A DNA stretch of 64,000 nucleotides from Rhodococcus sovatensis (GTDB taxonomy: Bacteria > Actinomycetota > Actinomycetes > Mycobacteriales > Mycobacteriaceae): NCBI RefSeq assembly GCF_037327425.1, contig NZ_CP147846.1, forward strand, positions 2,604,963 to 2,668,962. Direction: 5' to 3'. A program made the translations under genes and the position numbers. Below the pieces are notes generated by a model, which worked only from the letters and a program-made list of their open reading frames with translations, had not been told where the DNA came from and did no database searches. Below, piece by piece: positions 1-12,981 of the stretch (position 1 is its first letter; every line of letters begins with the position of its first letter).

Positions 1-1243
1 TTGTCGGTGTCGTCGGTGAGACCAGAACATCCACCTGCTCGTACGCCTTGTCGAAGTCACGCGCGATGAGGGTACGAACCTTGAGTGCCTGGCCGTAGTA
101 CTCGTCGTAGTATCCGGCGGACAACGCGTACGTGCCGATCATGATGCGGCGCTTGACTTCTGCACCGAACCCTTCTGCGCGCGTGATGGCCATGACCTGC
201 TCGGCGCTGTGCTTGCCGTCGTCGCCGGCACGAGCGCCGTATCGCATTCCGTCGAATCGGGCAAGGTTGGACGACACCTCGGACGGCAGAATGAGGTAGT
301 ACGCCGCGAGTGCGTGCACGAAATTGGGGCACGAGACCTCGACGACCTCGGCCCCGAGAGAGGTGAGTGTCGACACCGCGGCGTCGAACGACGAGATCAC
401 CCCCGCCTGATAGCTGTCGGAGTGCAGTTCCTTGACGACACCGACGCGCACGCCTTTCAAGTCTCCGCCCGCGCCTGCGCGCGCTGCCTCGACCACCGAC
501 GCAACCGAGGTGTCCACCGACGTGGAGTCTCGCGGGTCGTGGCCTGCGATGACCTCGTGCAGCAACGCGGTGTCGAGGACGGTACGACCACACGGCCCAC
601 CCTGGTCCAGCGAGGACGCACACGCGATGAGTCCGTAGCGCGACACCGTGCCGTACGTCGGCTTCGTCCCGACGGTGCCCGTCAGCGCGGCGGGCTGGCG
701 GATCGATCCACCGGTGTCTGTTCCGATGGCCAGCGGAGCCTGGTGCGATGCGAGCGCAGCTGCGCTTCCACCGCCGGAACCGCCGGGGATCCGGGTGGTG
801 TCCCACGGGTTCTTCGTCGGTCCGTAGGCGGAGTTCTCCGTCGACGAACCCATCGCGAACTCGTCCATGTTGGTCTTGCCGAGCAACGGAATTCCGGCTG
901 CCCGCAGCCGGTTCGTCACCGCTGCGTCGTACGGGGATATCCACCCCTCAAGCATCTTCGACCCACAGGTGGTCGGCATGTCCGTGGTGGTGAACACATC
1001 CTTCAACGCGAGCGGTACCCCGGCAAGCGGTGAATCGGGCGCGTCACCCGCTGCCCGCCGGGCGTCGACCTCGCGCGCCGCCGCCAACGCGTTCGAGCCA
1101 CTCACGTGCAGAAAAGCGTGGATATCCGTATCGACACTGTCGATACGATCCAAGTGGGCCTGGGTGACCTCGACTGCGGACACGTCGCCGGAATGGATGC
1201 GTGTCGCGAGATCGGATGCGTCGAGCGCGGTCAGATCGGTCAT
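1..1243 (-). CDS. gatA: Glu-tRNA(Gln)/Asp-tRNA(Asn) amidotransferase subunit A (GatA); the C-terminal end runs off the window edge
   Basis: This frame is not in the supplied ORF track. My translation from the ATG (complement of 1241-1243) reads [21 protein letters not shown]...GSSGGS...[13 protein letters not shown], the amidase signature. The start overlaps the gatC stop (ATGA). ORF 57..944 is the wrong frame of the same DNA. Confidence 0.85.
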   Translation of the reverse strand, partial: MTDLTALDASDLATRIHSGDVSAVEVTQAHLDRIDSVDTDIHAFLHVSGSNALAAAREVDARRAAGDAPDSPLAGVPLALKDVFTTTDMPTTCGSKMLEGWISPYDAAVTNRLRAAGIPLLGKTNMDEFAMGSSTENSAYGPTKNPWDTTRIPGGSGGGSAAALASHQAPLAIGTDTGGSIRQPAALTGTVGTKPTYGTVSRYGLIACASSLDQGGPCGRTVLDTALLHEVIAGHDPRDSTSVDTSVASVVEAARAGAGGDLKGVRVGVVKELHSDSYQAGVISSFDAAVSTLTSLGAEVVEVSCPNFVHALAAYYLILPSEVSSNLARFDGMRYGARAGDDGKHSAEQVMAITRAEGFGAEVKRRIMIGTYALSAGYYDEYYGQALKVRTLIARDFDKAYEQVDVLVSPTTPT

Positions 1244-1539
1244 TCGCTCTCTCCCAGAATTTGCGGCACTGCGAAACGGTCGTCCTCGGCGTTCGGGGCA
1301 CCGGAGAGCGCCTGCTGCGGAGTCAGACCCGGCACGATTACGTCCGGGCGCGTCACGTTGGTGATGGCGCTGGGATTCGCCGTCGGAGGCACATCGTCAG
1401 CAGCGACTTCCGCGACCGCCTTCACGTGGTGAAGGATCGAATCCAGCTGGCCGGCAAACTCGTCCAGCTCGGCTTCACTGAGAGCCAGCCGAGACAGCCG
1501 GGCGAGGTGAGCCACCTCGTCGCGGGAGATATCAGGCAC
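1240..1539 (-). CDS. gatC: Glu/Asp-tRNA amidotransferase subunit C (GatC)
   Basis: The C-terminal 99 aa of ORF 1240..1851 read [39 protein letters not shown]...[12 protein letters not shown], a GatC family match. The likely GTG start is at 1539. Synteny gatC-gatA matches Mtb Rv3012c-Rv3011c. Confidence 0.8.
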   Translation of the reverse strand: MPDISRDEVAHLARLSRLALSEAELDEFAGQLDSILHHVKAVAEVAADDVPPTANPSAITNVTRPDVIVPGLTPQQALSGAPNAEDDRFAVPQILGESE

Positions 1540-1796
1540 CGCGTAGACCCCTTTCACACATGTATCGATGCAGCCGCACAGGTACGCGACCCGTGCAAGC
1601 CTAATGGCCGCGCCGAGCGAGGCACCATCCAGCAGTCCCCAAAGCCATCCTGCGGCCCTCGAGCTCCGAGACGAGATGTCATAAAGGTCACGTGCGGCGC
1701 TGCGGCTGCGAATACCTGCCCTCACAATGCAAGGATGGCTCGCGGCGCTCGCGCACACGAGCGCCGAACGGAACCATGTCATCGAAAGGGAGCACC

Positions 1797-2447
1797 ATGT
1801 CGTATCTGCTCCGAGTACAGCTCCCCGATCGTCCTGGCTCCCTCGGGTCACTTGCCGTTGCTCTCGGTTCGGTCGGCGCCGACATCTTGTCGCTGGACGT
1901 TATCGAGCGCGGCGACGGCTACGCGGTGGACGACCTGGTCGTCGACGTCGCGCCGGGCGCGCTGCCCGATACCCTCATCACTGCCGCGGAGAATCTGCAC
2001 GACGTTCGAGTCGACTCCATTCGGCCCTACACCGGCGTCCTCGACACTCATCGCGAACTCGAACTGATCGACCGTGTTGCGGCTGCGTCGGACGACCGCC
2101 TGCAGGTTCTCGTCGACGGTGCCCCGCGGGTACTCAGGGTTGGGTGGTCGGTGGTGGTTGCGACCGGCCGTCGCGGTGCGTACCGAGTTGTCGGCAGCTC
2201 TGGCGCACCTGAGACACACGCGACGAACATGCCGTGGATGCCCCTCGCACACCCGTCGGCACTCGACGGCGAAGCCGACTGGGTTCCGCAGGTATGGCGC
2301 GACATGGATACGAAGATCGCGGCCGCTCCGCTTGGGTCCACCGGCACTGTGCTGATGCTCGGACGCCCTGGCGGGCCGGATTTCCGGCCATCCGAGGTGG
2401 CACGACTCGGTTACCTCGCCGGAATCGTCGCCACCGTCCTCGGCTGA
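1797..2447 (+). CDS. ACT-domain protein (Rv3013-like)
   Basis: ATG at 1797 with RBS aaaggga; the product begins [24 protein letters not shown], an ACT fold. It is divergently placed between gatC and ligA, as in Mtb. Confidence 0.7.
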   Translation: MSYLLRVQLPDRPGSLGSLAVALGSVGADILSLDVIERGDGYAVDDLVVDVAPGALPDTLITAAENLHDVRVDSIRPYTGVLDTHRELELIDRVAAASDDRLQVLVDGAPRVLRVGWSVVVATGRRGAYRVVGSSGAPETHATNMPWMPLAHPSALDGEADWVPQVWRDMDTKIAAAPLGSTGTVLMLGRPGGPDFRPSEVARLGYLAGIVATVLG

Positions 2448-2448
2448 T

Positions 2449-4677
<2,229 letters not shown>

Positions 4678-5697
4678 CTACAACGAATCAGGCGCGTCCT
4701 GAAAAGCGTCTGCGACGTTGCCCGCAAGCTCGAGGGCATGCCTGGACCACTCCGGCGTAGCACCTGCCAATCCGCACGCAGGCGTGACCGATACCTGCGT
4801 CGCCAGCACGGACCTCGGAAATCCGAGACGATCGATGAGAGTTACCGCAGGCGCTGCGACCTCACGCCATGTCGGGATCCGCTCGGGAGCGACCGAGGGC
4901 ACGAGGCCGAGCAGCAGGGTCTTGCCCGCCTGCAGGAATTCCCCGACGGCGTCGAGATCGCCGGCGGTGAGAAGCGCGACGTCGATCGCGGCGGCGTCCG
5001 CGTTGCTCCGGCGGATCAGCTCCAGCGGTACGTCTGCGCCGCAGCAGTGGACGACAGTAGGAACTCCCACTCCAACGAGGACCGAATCCAACAGTTCGAG
5101 AGCTTCGGGCTCGGGAATTGCCCGTACCGGATCGAGCCTGGTCACTCCGGACAGCGAACCCGCCAGCACCGCAGGCAAACTCGGCTCGTCGAGTTGCACG
5201 ACGATATCGACACCCAGCCTCGAACGCAGCTCGGCACAGTGCTGCCGTAGCCCTTCGGTGAGTGAACCGGCGAAATCTCGAACAGCACCGCGATCGGTGA
5301 GGACACGGTGTGCACTGCGAAGTTCCACCTGAGCTGCCATCGTGAACGGCCCGGCGGCTTGCACCTTGAGTACCCGATGGGTCGCCGCGAACCCGCCGGT
5401 CTCCCACAGCTCCTCGAGCACATCGAGGTCGAAGTGCAACAGATCCTCGGCTCGCCGCCCGGCGAGCGACTTACGTTGTGCCACACGGTACCCCGATGTG
5501 CGGACATCGAGTTCGACATCCACCATCAGGGCGCCGGTGCGGCCGATCGTATCGGCGCCGAGTCCGCGTGCGGGCAGTTCGACCACATGAGGGAGTGCAG
5601 GCAACTCACCCAGGACGATCGACGCAGCCTCCCGGACATCGGTACCCGGCCACGAGCCGAGACCCGTTGTGAGCGAGCTGAAGACGTTACCGCTCAC
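4678..5697 (-). CDS. Cobalamin-independent methionine synthase (MetE C-terminal-like) family protein (Rv3015c-like)
   Basis: 339 aa; family-level similarity only; same position as Rv3015c next to ligA. Confidence 0.55.
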   Translation of the reverse strand: MSGNVFSSLTTGLGSWPGTDVREAASIVLGELPALPHVVELPARGLGADTIGRTGALMVDVELDVRTSGYRVAQRKSLAGRRAEDLLHFDLDVLEELWETGGFAATHRVLKVQAAGPFTMAAQVELRSAHRVLTDRGAVRDFAGSLTEGLRQHCAELRSRLGVDIVVQLDEPSLPAVLAGSLSGVTRLDPVRAIPEPEALELLDSVLVGVGVPTVVHCCGADVPLELIRRSNADAAAIDVALLTAGDLDAVGEFLQAGKTLLLGLVPSVAPERIPTWREVAAPAVTLIDRLGFPRSVLATQVSVTPACGLAGATPEWSRHALELAGNVADAFQDAPDSL

Positions 5698-6785
5698 TCG
5701 TTCTCGGAACGTGTGCCGGCGATCGTGGAGCTACCGATGACGATGTCGCCATGCATATCTCGGCGGTACAGAACTGCAGCCTGACCCTTGGCGACGCCGG
5801 TGAGCGGGCTACGGAGCGTGATCTCCATGCCGCCGTCCGCAGTTGCCTCGGCGACGGCTTCCGTCATCCCGCCGTGCGCACGTACCTGGACGACGCATTC
5901 GATCGGCCCGACCGGCACGGATCCTTCGGTCCACACCGCCCGATCCCCGCTGATGCCCCAGACATCGAGCCGCGTCGCCGATCCGACGATGACCGTGCCG
6001 CTCTCGGCTTCGATGGCTGTCACGTAGCGCGGCTTGCCGTCCACGGCCGGGCCACCGACACCGAGACCCTTGCGCTGCCCGATGGTGAAGCCGTGCACAC
6101 CCTCGTGGTCTGCGAGTTCGGCGCCGGTGTCGGCGTCGACGACCTTGCCCGGGCGGATGCCGATCTTGGCACCGAGAAAAGCTCGGGTGTCGCCGGAGGG
6201 AATGAAGCAGATGTCGTGACTGTCCGGCTTGTCGGCGACGGCAAGTCCACGCTCGGCCGCTTCCTCGCGGATCTCCGACTTCGGGGTGTCGCCGATGGGG
6301 AACAGTGCGCGTGAAAGCTGACTCTGTGTCAGGACCGCGAGTACGTACGACTGATCCTTGTCTGCATCCACCGCCCGACGCAGAACACCATCGTGCAGCT
6401 GCGCGTAGTGACCGGTTGCCACAGCGTCGAACCCGAGCGCCAACGCTCGATCAGCGAGAGCAGAGAACTTGATCTTCTCGTTGCAGCGGAGACACGGATT
6501 CGGAGTCTCCCCGGCTGCGTAGGACTCGACGAAATCGTCGATGACGTCTTCCTTGAATCGGTCGGCGAAGTCCCACACGTAAAACGGGATGCCGAGCACG
6601 TCGGCGGCGCGGCGCGCGTCACCCGCATCTTCCTTGGAGCAGCATCCGCGGGATCCGGTTCTCAGGGTTCCCGGCTCAGCGGACAACGCGAGGTGAACAC
6701 CGACGACGTCGTGCCCTTCGTCGACAGCCCGAGCCGCCGCAACGGCCGAATCCACTCCGCCGCTCATCGCAGCCAGTACACGCAT
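5694..6785 (-). CDS. mnmA: tRNA-specific 2-thiouridylase MnmA
   Basis: [17 protein letters not shown] (PP-loop SGGxDS) with conserved MnmA body. Start chosen at the ATG at 6785 that overlaps the iscS stop; the 75-aa R-rich extension in the ORF track is spurious. Confidence 0.85.
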   Translation of the reverse strand: MRVLAAMSGGVDSAVAAARAVDEGHDVVGVHLALSAEPGTLRTGSRGCCSKEDAGDARRAADVLGIPFYVWDFADRFKEDVIDDFVESYAAGETPNPCLRCNEKIKFSALADRALALGFDAVATGHYAQLHDGVLRRAVDADKDQSYVLAVLTQSQLSRALFPIGDTPKSEIREEAAERGLAVADKPDSHDICFIPSGDTRAFLGAKIGIRPGKVVDADTGAELADHEGVHGFTIGQRKGLGVGGPAVDGKPRYVTAIEAESGTVIVGSATRLDVWGISGDRAVWTEGSVPVGPIECVVQVRAHGGMTEAVAEATADGGMEITLRSPLTGVAKGQAAVLYRRDMHGDIVIGSSTIAGTRSENE

Positions 6786-8023
6786 CAGCGTTGTCCTCCC
6801 CGAGCTCCTACGCTCGCCAATCCCGCGGCGCGGGCACGTTCGATTACTTGCGGCAACGCGGCCAGCAGTGCGTCCACATCTGCATCCGTGGACTGCGGTC
6901 CCATCGAGAAACGCAGCGAACCGCGGGCGGTCGAGGGATCTGCACCCATTGCGATCAAGACATGGCTTGCGCTGGCGACGCCGGCGGTACACGCCGAACC
7001 TGTCGAGCATTCTATCCCTGCCGCATCGAGCAGCATCAACAGGGAATCGCCCTCGCAGCCAGGAAAGGTGAAGTGCGCGATGCCGGGCAGTCTGCCATCG
7101 CCCGAGGCGCCGTTGACGACGACCTCCGGGTCGAGCGTTCGGATACCGTCGATCATCTTTTCGCGCAGACGAACCAACTCGCTGCGGCGGGATTCCAGCT
7201 CACCGACGGTCTCTTTCAATGCCGCAGCCATGGCCACGACTGACGCCGTGTCGTGGGTTCCGGAACGGATATCGCGCTCGTGTCCGCCGCCGTGCAGCAA
7301 CGGCACGCACGGCACCGTTCGCCCGAGGAGGAGCGCGCCGACTCCTTGCGGTCCGCCGAACTTGTGCGCCGCGATACTCATGGCGGACAGCCCGCTAGCA
7401 GCGAAGTCCACTTTCAGGTGGGGTACAGCCTGGATCGCGTCGCTGTGTATCGGAATGTCGTAGGCACGGGCAACAGCGGCCAGTTCGACGATCGGCATGA
7501 CCGTGCCGACCTCGTTGTTGGCCCACATGATGGTGATCAGGGCGGTCTCGTGCCCGTGGGCAGCGAGTTCGGATCGGAGTGTGTCGGGATGGACACGCCC
7601 GGTCGAGTCCACGGGCAGCCAGGTGACCTCCGCGCCCTCGTGCTCGACGAGCCACTCGACCGCGTCGAGCACGGCATGGTGCTCGACCGAACTTGCGATG
7701 ATCCTTCTGCGGATCGGATCCGAATCGCGCCGGGCCGCGAATATCCCCTTGACCGCGAGATTGTCACTTTCTGTGCCACCTGAGGTGAAGATCACCTCGG
7801 ACGGGCGTGCACCGAGGTCGTCCGCGATCGACTCACGCGATTCTTCGACGCGTCGTCGCGCCGCGCGCCCCGAACTGTGCAGGGAGGACGCATTCCCGAC
7901 CGAGGCGAAGACGGCGGTCATCGCCTCGATAGCGGCGGGCGAGATCGGCGTCGTCGCAGCGTGGTCGAGGTACACCGGTGCACCCGGGGGGTGGGAAGCA
8001 GCCGAACTGCGGGCAGAGGGCAT
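6785..8023 (-). CDS. iscS: Cysteine desulfurase (IscS/NifS class V aminotransferase)
   Basis: Contains the PLP-lysine region [15 protein letters not shown] and active Cys region STGSACT. Located upstream of mnmA as in Rv3025c-Rv3024c. Confidence 0.85.
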   Translation of the reverse strand: MPSARSSAASHPPGAPVYLDHAATTPISPAAIEAMTAVFASVGNASSLHSSGRAARRRVEESRESIADDLGARPSEVIFTSGGTESDNLAVKGIFAARRDSDPIRRRIIASSVEHHAVLDAVEWLVEHEGAEVTWLPVDSTGRVHPDTLRSELAAHGHETALITIMWANNEVGTVMPIVELAAVARAYDIPIHSDAIQAVPHLKVDFAASGLSAMSIAAHKFGGPQGVGALLLGRTVPCVPLLHGGGHERDIRSGTHDTASVVAMAAALKETVGELESRRSELVRLREKMIDGIRTLDPEVVVNGASGDGRLPGIAHFTFPGCEGDSLLMLLDAAGIECSTGSACTAGVASASHVLIAMGADPSTARGSLRFSMGPQSTDADVDALLAALPQVIERARAAGLASVGARGGQR

Positions 8024-8080
8024 AACGCCTCCCAGGATAGCCGGTCACGGAGGGCGCACCGCGCACCGAAAGACGCGCGG

Positions 8081-8995
8081 TCAGCGAACTGGCGGTAGCC
8101 GAGACTCTCCGAGGACCCCCAGCTCGATGCCAGCGTGCACGTCTGGGTTGTGCTGCTCGCCGGATCGTGCCGCACTCTCGCATCGACGGGCCAGATCGCG
8201 ACGATCACTCCCCGGGGCTTCCGGCGCAACCAGCTCGACATGGGCGACGACACCCTTCAACCGGAAGATTCGGCCGATGGACTGCCCGATCGTCTCGTCG
8301 CCGACGAAGCAGGTCGCCGTGGTCTGTGCGTTGTCCGCGTCGACGTACCGCAGCCGAACCGGCTGCACCCATGTCTCGGTATCGACAGCTGCCTGGAACA
8401 TGGCCGGCCGGAACGATCCGTACGCCTTGCCACACCACGTGGTCGCCTCGGGGAACACCACTACGGTGCCGCCGGCGCGGAGTCGATCAGCCACCTGATC
8501 GACGGTGCCGGGAAGAGACCGAAGGTTCCTGCGATGGATCGGCAGGACTTTCATCGCCCGAGCGAGCACACCGAGTACCGGCCAGTCGACCAGATCACCT
8601 CGTGCGACGAATGTCGCAGGCCGAAGCGCCGTGAGCACGAGTACGTCCGTCCACGAAACGTGACCGGCTACCAGCAGCGCGCTCTCCTCGGTTCGTGAGC
8701 GTTCTCGCGCCGACCGAAGATCGTTCACGACCAGACCGATTCCCACTGCGAACAGCAAGAGACGTGCGCCGAATCTGGTGACCTGCCTGCGGCATCGCGA
8801 GGACACCACCCCCACCACGATCAAGATCGGGAGCAAAGCGAATGCAAGCATCGCGACCAGCGCACGGAGTACGACGAACATGCCGGCTACAGCCTCCGAT
8901 TCACGTGCAATACATCCTGTCCCACATGGGCTCGATGGCATCCATGCGTGATCGATGTCGGGTTCGACGATCTTTGCCGACGTGGACCCGTTCAT
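8081..8995 (-). CDS. 1-acyl-sn-glycerol-3-phosphate acyltransferase family protein (Rv3026c-like)
   Basis: Has a membrane anchor and the acyltransferase HxxxxD region (VAGHVSWTDVLVL). Start taken at the ATG at 8995, which overlaps the upstream stop (ATGA) and gives 304 aa; the longer ORF 8081..9367 is out-of-frame overlap. Confidence 0.65.
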   Translation of the reverse strand: MNGSTSAKIVEPDIDHAWMPSSPCGTGCIARESEAVAGMFVVLRALVAMLAFALLPILIVVGVVSSRCRRQVTRFGARLLLFAVGIGLVVNDLRSARERSRTEESALLVAGHVSWTDVLVLTALRPATFVARGDLVDWPVLGVLARAMKVLPIHRRNLRSLPGTVDQVADRLRAGGTVVVFPEATTWCGKAYGSFRPAMFQAAVDTETWVQPVRLRYVDADNAQTTATCFVGDETIGQSIGRIFRLKGVVAHVELVAPEAPGSDRRDLARRCESAARSGEQHNPDVHAGIELGVLGESRLPPVR

Positions 8996-9990
8996 GCGCC
9001 AACTTTCGTCTCGTACGTCAGGGCAGCACTTCGGAGCCGGTCGAGGTATCGGGTGTTGGCTTCGTGCAGACCGAGCAGTGCAACGAAGTCGGCGACGCCG
9101 AAGTCCGGGTCGTGTGCCGGTTCTCCGCAGATGACCGCGTTGAGGCGTAGGTAGCCTCGCAGCAGCGGCGGCATCGTCGGACGGGCCGGCGGCGCAAGGT
9201 CGTCGAGCGATCGCCCGTCGACTACGACCGGATTGTGCGGAACTGCGCGCTTGTCCTCGGCCGATCCGTGCTTCGCGAGGAGGAAGTCTCGGACGCCACG
9301 GACGTTCGCGCCCGGCAATTCTGCAGGGGTTGCCTGCATCGGGACCGAGACGCAGCCCATGACCCATTCAAGGCCGGTGACTTCGAGGTAGTGCAGGATC
9401 CCTGCCCACATAAGACCGAGGACAGATCCCGATCGATGGTCGGGATGCACGACCGCTCGTCCCATCTCGACGACGCGAGAGGACGCGGGGTCGAGGGCGG
9501 AGAGGTCGAATTCCGTTGCTGTGTAGTAGCCCCCGGCGGCGATGGCGGCGTCGGGCGGAAGCATCCGATAGCACCCGACGAAGTCGTCGGTTTCGTTGTC
9601 GCGGACGAGGAGGTGGTCGCAGAAGTAGTCGAAGCGATCGGAGTCGCGACCGTCGGCGGCGCTGGGCAGTGCGAATCCGGGCTCGGAGGAGAACACGTCG
9701 AATCGAAGTCGCTGCGCGGCCTCGCGGTGGGCGATGTCGGTGGACAGGACGAGTGAGTACCTGTCGGTGGCGGGAGCGGAGCCTGCGGAGTGACCCGGGA
9801 GGGCGGGAGCGGAGCCTGCGGAGTGACCCGGGAGGGCGGGAGCGGAGCCTGCGGAGTGACCCTGGAGGGCGGGAGCGGAGCCTGCGGAGTGACCCGGGAG
9901 GGCGGGAGCGGAGCCTGCGGAGTGACCCGGGAGGGCGGGAGCGGAGCCTGCGGTGCTTGCGGTATCAGCGGTCATGACTGAAGTGGTCAT
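8992..9990 (-). CDS. GNAT-family N-acetyltransferase with an N-terminal 11-aa tandem repeat (Rv3027c-like)
   Basis: 332 aa; the N-terminus carries six PALPGHSAGSA repeats encoded by a 33-bp tandem repeat; the C-terminal part resembles GNAT/FemAB-like acyltransferases. Confidence 0.6.
   Translation of the reverse strand: MTTSVMTADTASTAGSAPALPGHSAGSAPALPGHSAGSAPALQGHSAGSAPALPGHSAGSAPALPGHSAGSAPATDRYSLVLSTDIAHREAAQRLRFDVFSSEPGFALPSAADGRDSDRFDYFCDHLLVRDNETDDFVGCYRMLPPDAAIAAGGYYTATEFDLSALDPASSRVVEMGRAVVHPDHRSGSVLGLMWAGILHYLEVTGLEWVMGCVSVPMQATPAELPGANVRGVRDFLLAKHGSAEDKRAVPHNPVVVDGRSLDDLAPPARPTMPPLLRGYLRLNAVICGEPAHDPDFGVADFVALLGLHEANTRYLDRLRSAALTYETKVGA
9771..9987. repeat. 33-bp tandem repeat, about 6.5 copies, in-frame within the GNAT CDS
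   Basis: The unit ggagcggagcctgcggagtgacccgggagggcg repeats perfectly, with one copy carrying a g->t change. It is related (24/33 identity) to the repeat at 16553-16618. Confidence 0.95.
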
Positions 9991-10058
9991 GGTGCTGTGT
10001 CTAACGGTTCGGAGCGGCGCCAGCGCGTCGGGAGGGTAACGCGTCCGAAGCTGTTGTG

Positions 10059-10105
10059 TGAACGAAAAGCACGTAGCCCCCGCATCCAGTGGATGCGGGG
10101 GCTAC
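10059..10105 (-). terminator. Intrinsic terminator downstream of etfA
   Basis: Perfect 15-bp stem GTAGCCCCCGCATCC / GGATGCGGGGGCTAC, followed on the minus strand by CGTGCTTTTCGTTC. Confidence 0.6.
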
Positions 10106-10120
10106 GGGAAGTGCGAAAGA

Positions 10121-11077
10121 TCAGCCCTTGTGCTTCTTGACCGCTTCGGTCAACTGCGGCGCGACGTTGAACAGATCGCCCACGATGCCGTAGTCGGCGA
10201 TCTCGAAGATGGGAGCTTCCTCGTCCTTGTTGACAGCGACGATCGTCTTGGAGGTCTGCATGCCGGCGCGGTGCTGGATGGCACCGGAAATGCCGAGTGC
10301 GATGTAGAGCTGCGGCGAGACGGTCTTGCCTGTCTGCCCGACCTGGAACTGGCCCGGGTAGTAACCGGAGTCGACCGCTGCGCGCGAAGCGCCGACGGCT
10401 GCACCGAGCGAGTCGGCGAGAGCTTCGACGACGCTGAACTTGTCAGCGCTACCGACGCCTCGTCCACCCGACACAACGACGGTGGCCTCGGTGAGTTCCG
10501 GACGGTCGCCACCGACGATCGGGTCGCGCGAGGTGACCTTGGTGACGCCCTCTTCCTGGGCCGGGACCTCGACGGTCTCGCGGGTTCCGGCTCCGGCTTT
10601 CGGCTCGGCCTCGACTGCACCCGGACGGAGGGAGATGACGGGGACGTCGCCGTTGGCCTTGGCCTCGACGGTGAATGCTCCACCGAAAATGGAGTAGGTA
10701 GCACTTCCGTCGCCGCTGACTGCGATGACGTCGTTGTGCAGACCGGATCCCAGGCGTGCTGCGAGACGACCAGCGACCTCTTTGCCTTCGATGCTGGCGG
10801 CTGTGAAGATCGCCGCCGGACTCACTGACTCGGCGAGGGCAGACAGCACGTCGACCTTCGGGGTGATGACGAATCCGTCGATGTCGTCGGACTCGGCGGC
10901 GTAGATCTTCTCAGCGCCTGCTTCGGTCAGTGCGTCGGCCAGCTTGTCGGTCGTTCCTGCCGGACCGGTGACGACTGCCGACGGCTCACCGAGAGCCCGA
11001 GCCGCGGTGATCAGTTCGGTACTGACCTTCTTCAGTGTTCCTTCGACGTGCTCCACGAGCACGAGTACTTCTGCCAT
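10121..11077 (-). CDS. etfA: Electron transfer flavoprotein alpha subunit
   Basis: 318 aa; conserved FAD-binding C-terminal domain; pairs with etfB as in Rv3028c/Rv3029c. Confidence 0.9.
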   Translation of the reverse strand: MAEVLVLVEHVEGTLKKVSTELITAARALGEPSAVVTGPAGTTDKLADALTEAGAEKIYAAESDDIDGFVITPKVDVLSALAESVSPAAIFTAASIEGKEVAGRLAARLGSGLHNDVIAVSGDGSATYSIFGGAFTVEAKANGDVPVISLRPGAVEAEPKAGAGTRETVEVPAQEEGVTKVTSRDPIVGGDRPELTEATVVVSGGRGVGSADKFSVVEALADSLGAAVGASRAAVDSGYYPGQFQVGQTGKTVSPQLYIALGISGAIQHRAGMQTSKTIVAVNKDEEAPIFEIADYGIVGDLFNVAPQLTEAVKKHKG

Positions 11078-11153
11078 GACTTGCTCTCCTTGCGTGGTCT
11101 ACGCGGCGTTTCGGGTCACTCCTGCGGTGTGCGCTCCCGCAGGTGGGGCGAGA

Positions 11154-11954
11154 TCAGATGATCTTCTGGCCTACGAGGTAGGTAGCGATCTTGTCGCCGC
11201 CGTCGCCCTCGTCGGTAACCCGCTCGCCTGCGGTCTTGGGAGGCTTGGGGGTGGAGGACGTGACGGTCGTTCCTGCGTTCTCGACTCCGACGATGCCGTC
11301 CTCGACGCCGATATCGGCGAGCGTGATCGTCTGTACCGTCTTCTTCTTCGCGGCCATGATGCCCTTGAAGGACGGGAAGCGCGGCTCGTTGATCTTCTCG
11401 GTGACGCTGACGATCGCGGGCAGCGCTGCTTCGAGACCGAAGATGCCTTCGTCCGTCTCGCGTTCGCCCGAGACCTTGCCCGCATCCACAGTCAGCTTGC
11501 GCAGCTGGGTGAGGGCGGGGATCTGCAAGTACTCGGCGATGATCGCGGGCACGGCGCCGGTGCGGCCGTCGGTGGCCTCGTTGCCTGCGATGATCAGGTC
11601 GGCAGGCTCGTCGTTCTCGAATGCGACATTGCCGAGAGCAGCGGCGAGTGCGTATGCAGTCTGGATGGCGTCCGAACCGTGGAGCGAAGGGTCGTTCAGG
11701 TGGACCGCGCTGTCGGCGCCCATCGAGAGCGCCTTGCGGATCGCGTCGGTTGCGCGGTCGGGGCCTGCTGACAGAACCTTCACCTCGCCGCCCTGAGACT
11801 CCTTGATGAGCAGAGCTTCCTCGACAGCGCGCTCGTTGATCTCGTCGAGCACTGCGTCTGCCGCCTCACGGTCGAGCGTGAAGTCGCCGTCGGTGAGCTT
11901 GCGCTCGGACCACGTGTCGGGAACCTGCTTGATCAAAACAACGATGTTCGTCAT
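11154..11954 (-). CDS. etfB: Electron transfer flavoprotein beta subunit
   Basis: 266 aa beginning MTNIVVLIKQVPDTW, a typical EtfB N-terminus. Confidence 0.9.
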   Translation of the reverse strand: MTNIVVLIKQVPDTWSERKLTDGDFTLDREAADAVLDEINERAVEEALLIKESQGGEVKVLSAGPDRATDAIRKALSMGADSAVHLNDPSLHGSDAIQTAYALAAALGNVAFENDEPADLIIAGNEATDGRTGAVPAIIAEYLQIPALTQLRKLTVDAGKVSGERETDEGIFGLEAALPAIVSVTEKINEPRFPSFKGIMAAKKKTVQTITLADIGVEDGIVGVENAGTTVTSSTPKPPKTAGERVTDEGDGGDKIATYLVGQKII

Positions 11955-12141
11955 GGGTCTGCGTCGACCTCCTGGTCATGTTCCGCTGATTCGTCGGGGT
12001 GAATCGTCTAGCACTTAATGGGTTCTTGCTGTTCTAGGCCCTGCCGTAGATTACCCCAAGTTTAGTTACTGGTGGGTAACTTACCGCAATTCCGATCTGA
12101 CCATACATCGCACCCTCCTGTCCGGACGCCACCGCCGATAG

Positions 12142-12981
12142 TTGTGGACCGGGCGAGGCGCTACCCTCTCGTCGGTGAGCGATTCATCATCAGCCGACGC
12201 CTCCGTGGAACCGCGGCCCGAGACACTTCCCCTCACCGGGGAGCGCACTGTGCCCGGCATCGCCCAGGAGAACTACTGGTTCCGCCGGCACGAGGTCGTG
12301 TACGAGAAGTTGTTGACGCACTGCACCGGGCGCGTAGTTCTGGAAGCTGGATCCGGAGAAGGCTACGGCGCCAACATGATTGCCGACGTTGCCGCATCGG
12401 TGACCTGCCTCGACTACGACGCTTCGGCAGCCGACCACGTACGTGGTCGCTACCCGAGGGTCGGCATGCTGCGAGGAAACTTGGCACAGCTTCCGTTCGC
12501 CGACAACTCCGTTGATGTCGTCGTCAACTTCCAGGTCATCGAGCACCTCTGGGATCAGGGCCAGTTCCTCGACGAGTGCTTCCGAGTCCTGACGCCAGGA
12601 GGAGCGCTGCTGATCAGCACGCCTAACCGGATCACGTTCTCGCCGGGTCGCGACACACCGCTCAACCCTTTCCACACTCGCGAACTGAACGCCGACGAGC
12701 TCACCGAACTGCTTGTCGAGAGCAACTTCGTCGTACAGACGATGACGGGTGTGCACCACGGGAGGGTGCTACGCGAACTCGACGCCAAACACGGCGGGTC
12801 GTTCATCGATGCTCAGATCGAACGCGCGCTCGCCGGTGAGGACTGGCCTGCGGACCTCACTGCCGACGTCGCCGCGATTTCGACGGCCGACTTCGATATC
12901 GACCCGTCCGACATGTACGGCAGCCTCGATCTCGTGGCCATCGCGGTGAAACCGGGCCAACAGTCTGCGCTGAGCGGTTGA
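12142..12981 (+). CDS. Class I SAM-dependent methyltransferase (Rv3030-like, MGLP cluster)
   Basis: Motif I VLEAGSGEGYGANMIA is present. The start is uncertain: alternative GTG starts at about 12175 or further downstream. Confidence 0.7.
   Translation: MWTGRGATLSSVSDSSSADASVEPRPETLPLTGERTVPGIAQENYWFRRHEVVYEKLLTHCTGRVVLEAGSGEGYGANMIADVAASVTCLDYDASAADHVRGRYPRVGMLRGNLAQLPFADNSVDVVVNFQVIEHLWDQGQFLDECFRVLTPGGALLISTPNRITFSPGRDTPLNPFHTRELNADELTELLVESNFVVQTMTGVHHGRVLRELDAKHGGSFIDAQIERALAGEDWPADLTADVAAISTADFDIDPSDMYGSLDLVAIAVKPGQQSALSG

Noticed and set aside
57-944. 295-aa R-rich ORF on the minus strand
   Set aside because: It is the wrong reading frame over gatA; the real GatA frame (amidase signature) is a different minus-strand frame absent from the ORF track.
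5694-7010. 75-aa N-terminal extension on mnmA (and similar extensions on echA and the Rv3034c-like gene)
   Set aside because: The extensions are R/C-rich, overlap the upstream gene in another frame, and internal ATGs coincide with conserved family N-termini and stop-start overlaps.
9516-9981. Plus-strand ORFs 9516..9977 and 9790..9981 with GGRERSLRSDP / TREGGSGACGV repeats
   Set aside because: These are opposite-strand translations of the 33-bp VNTR that lies inside the minus-strand GNAT gene.
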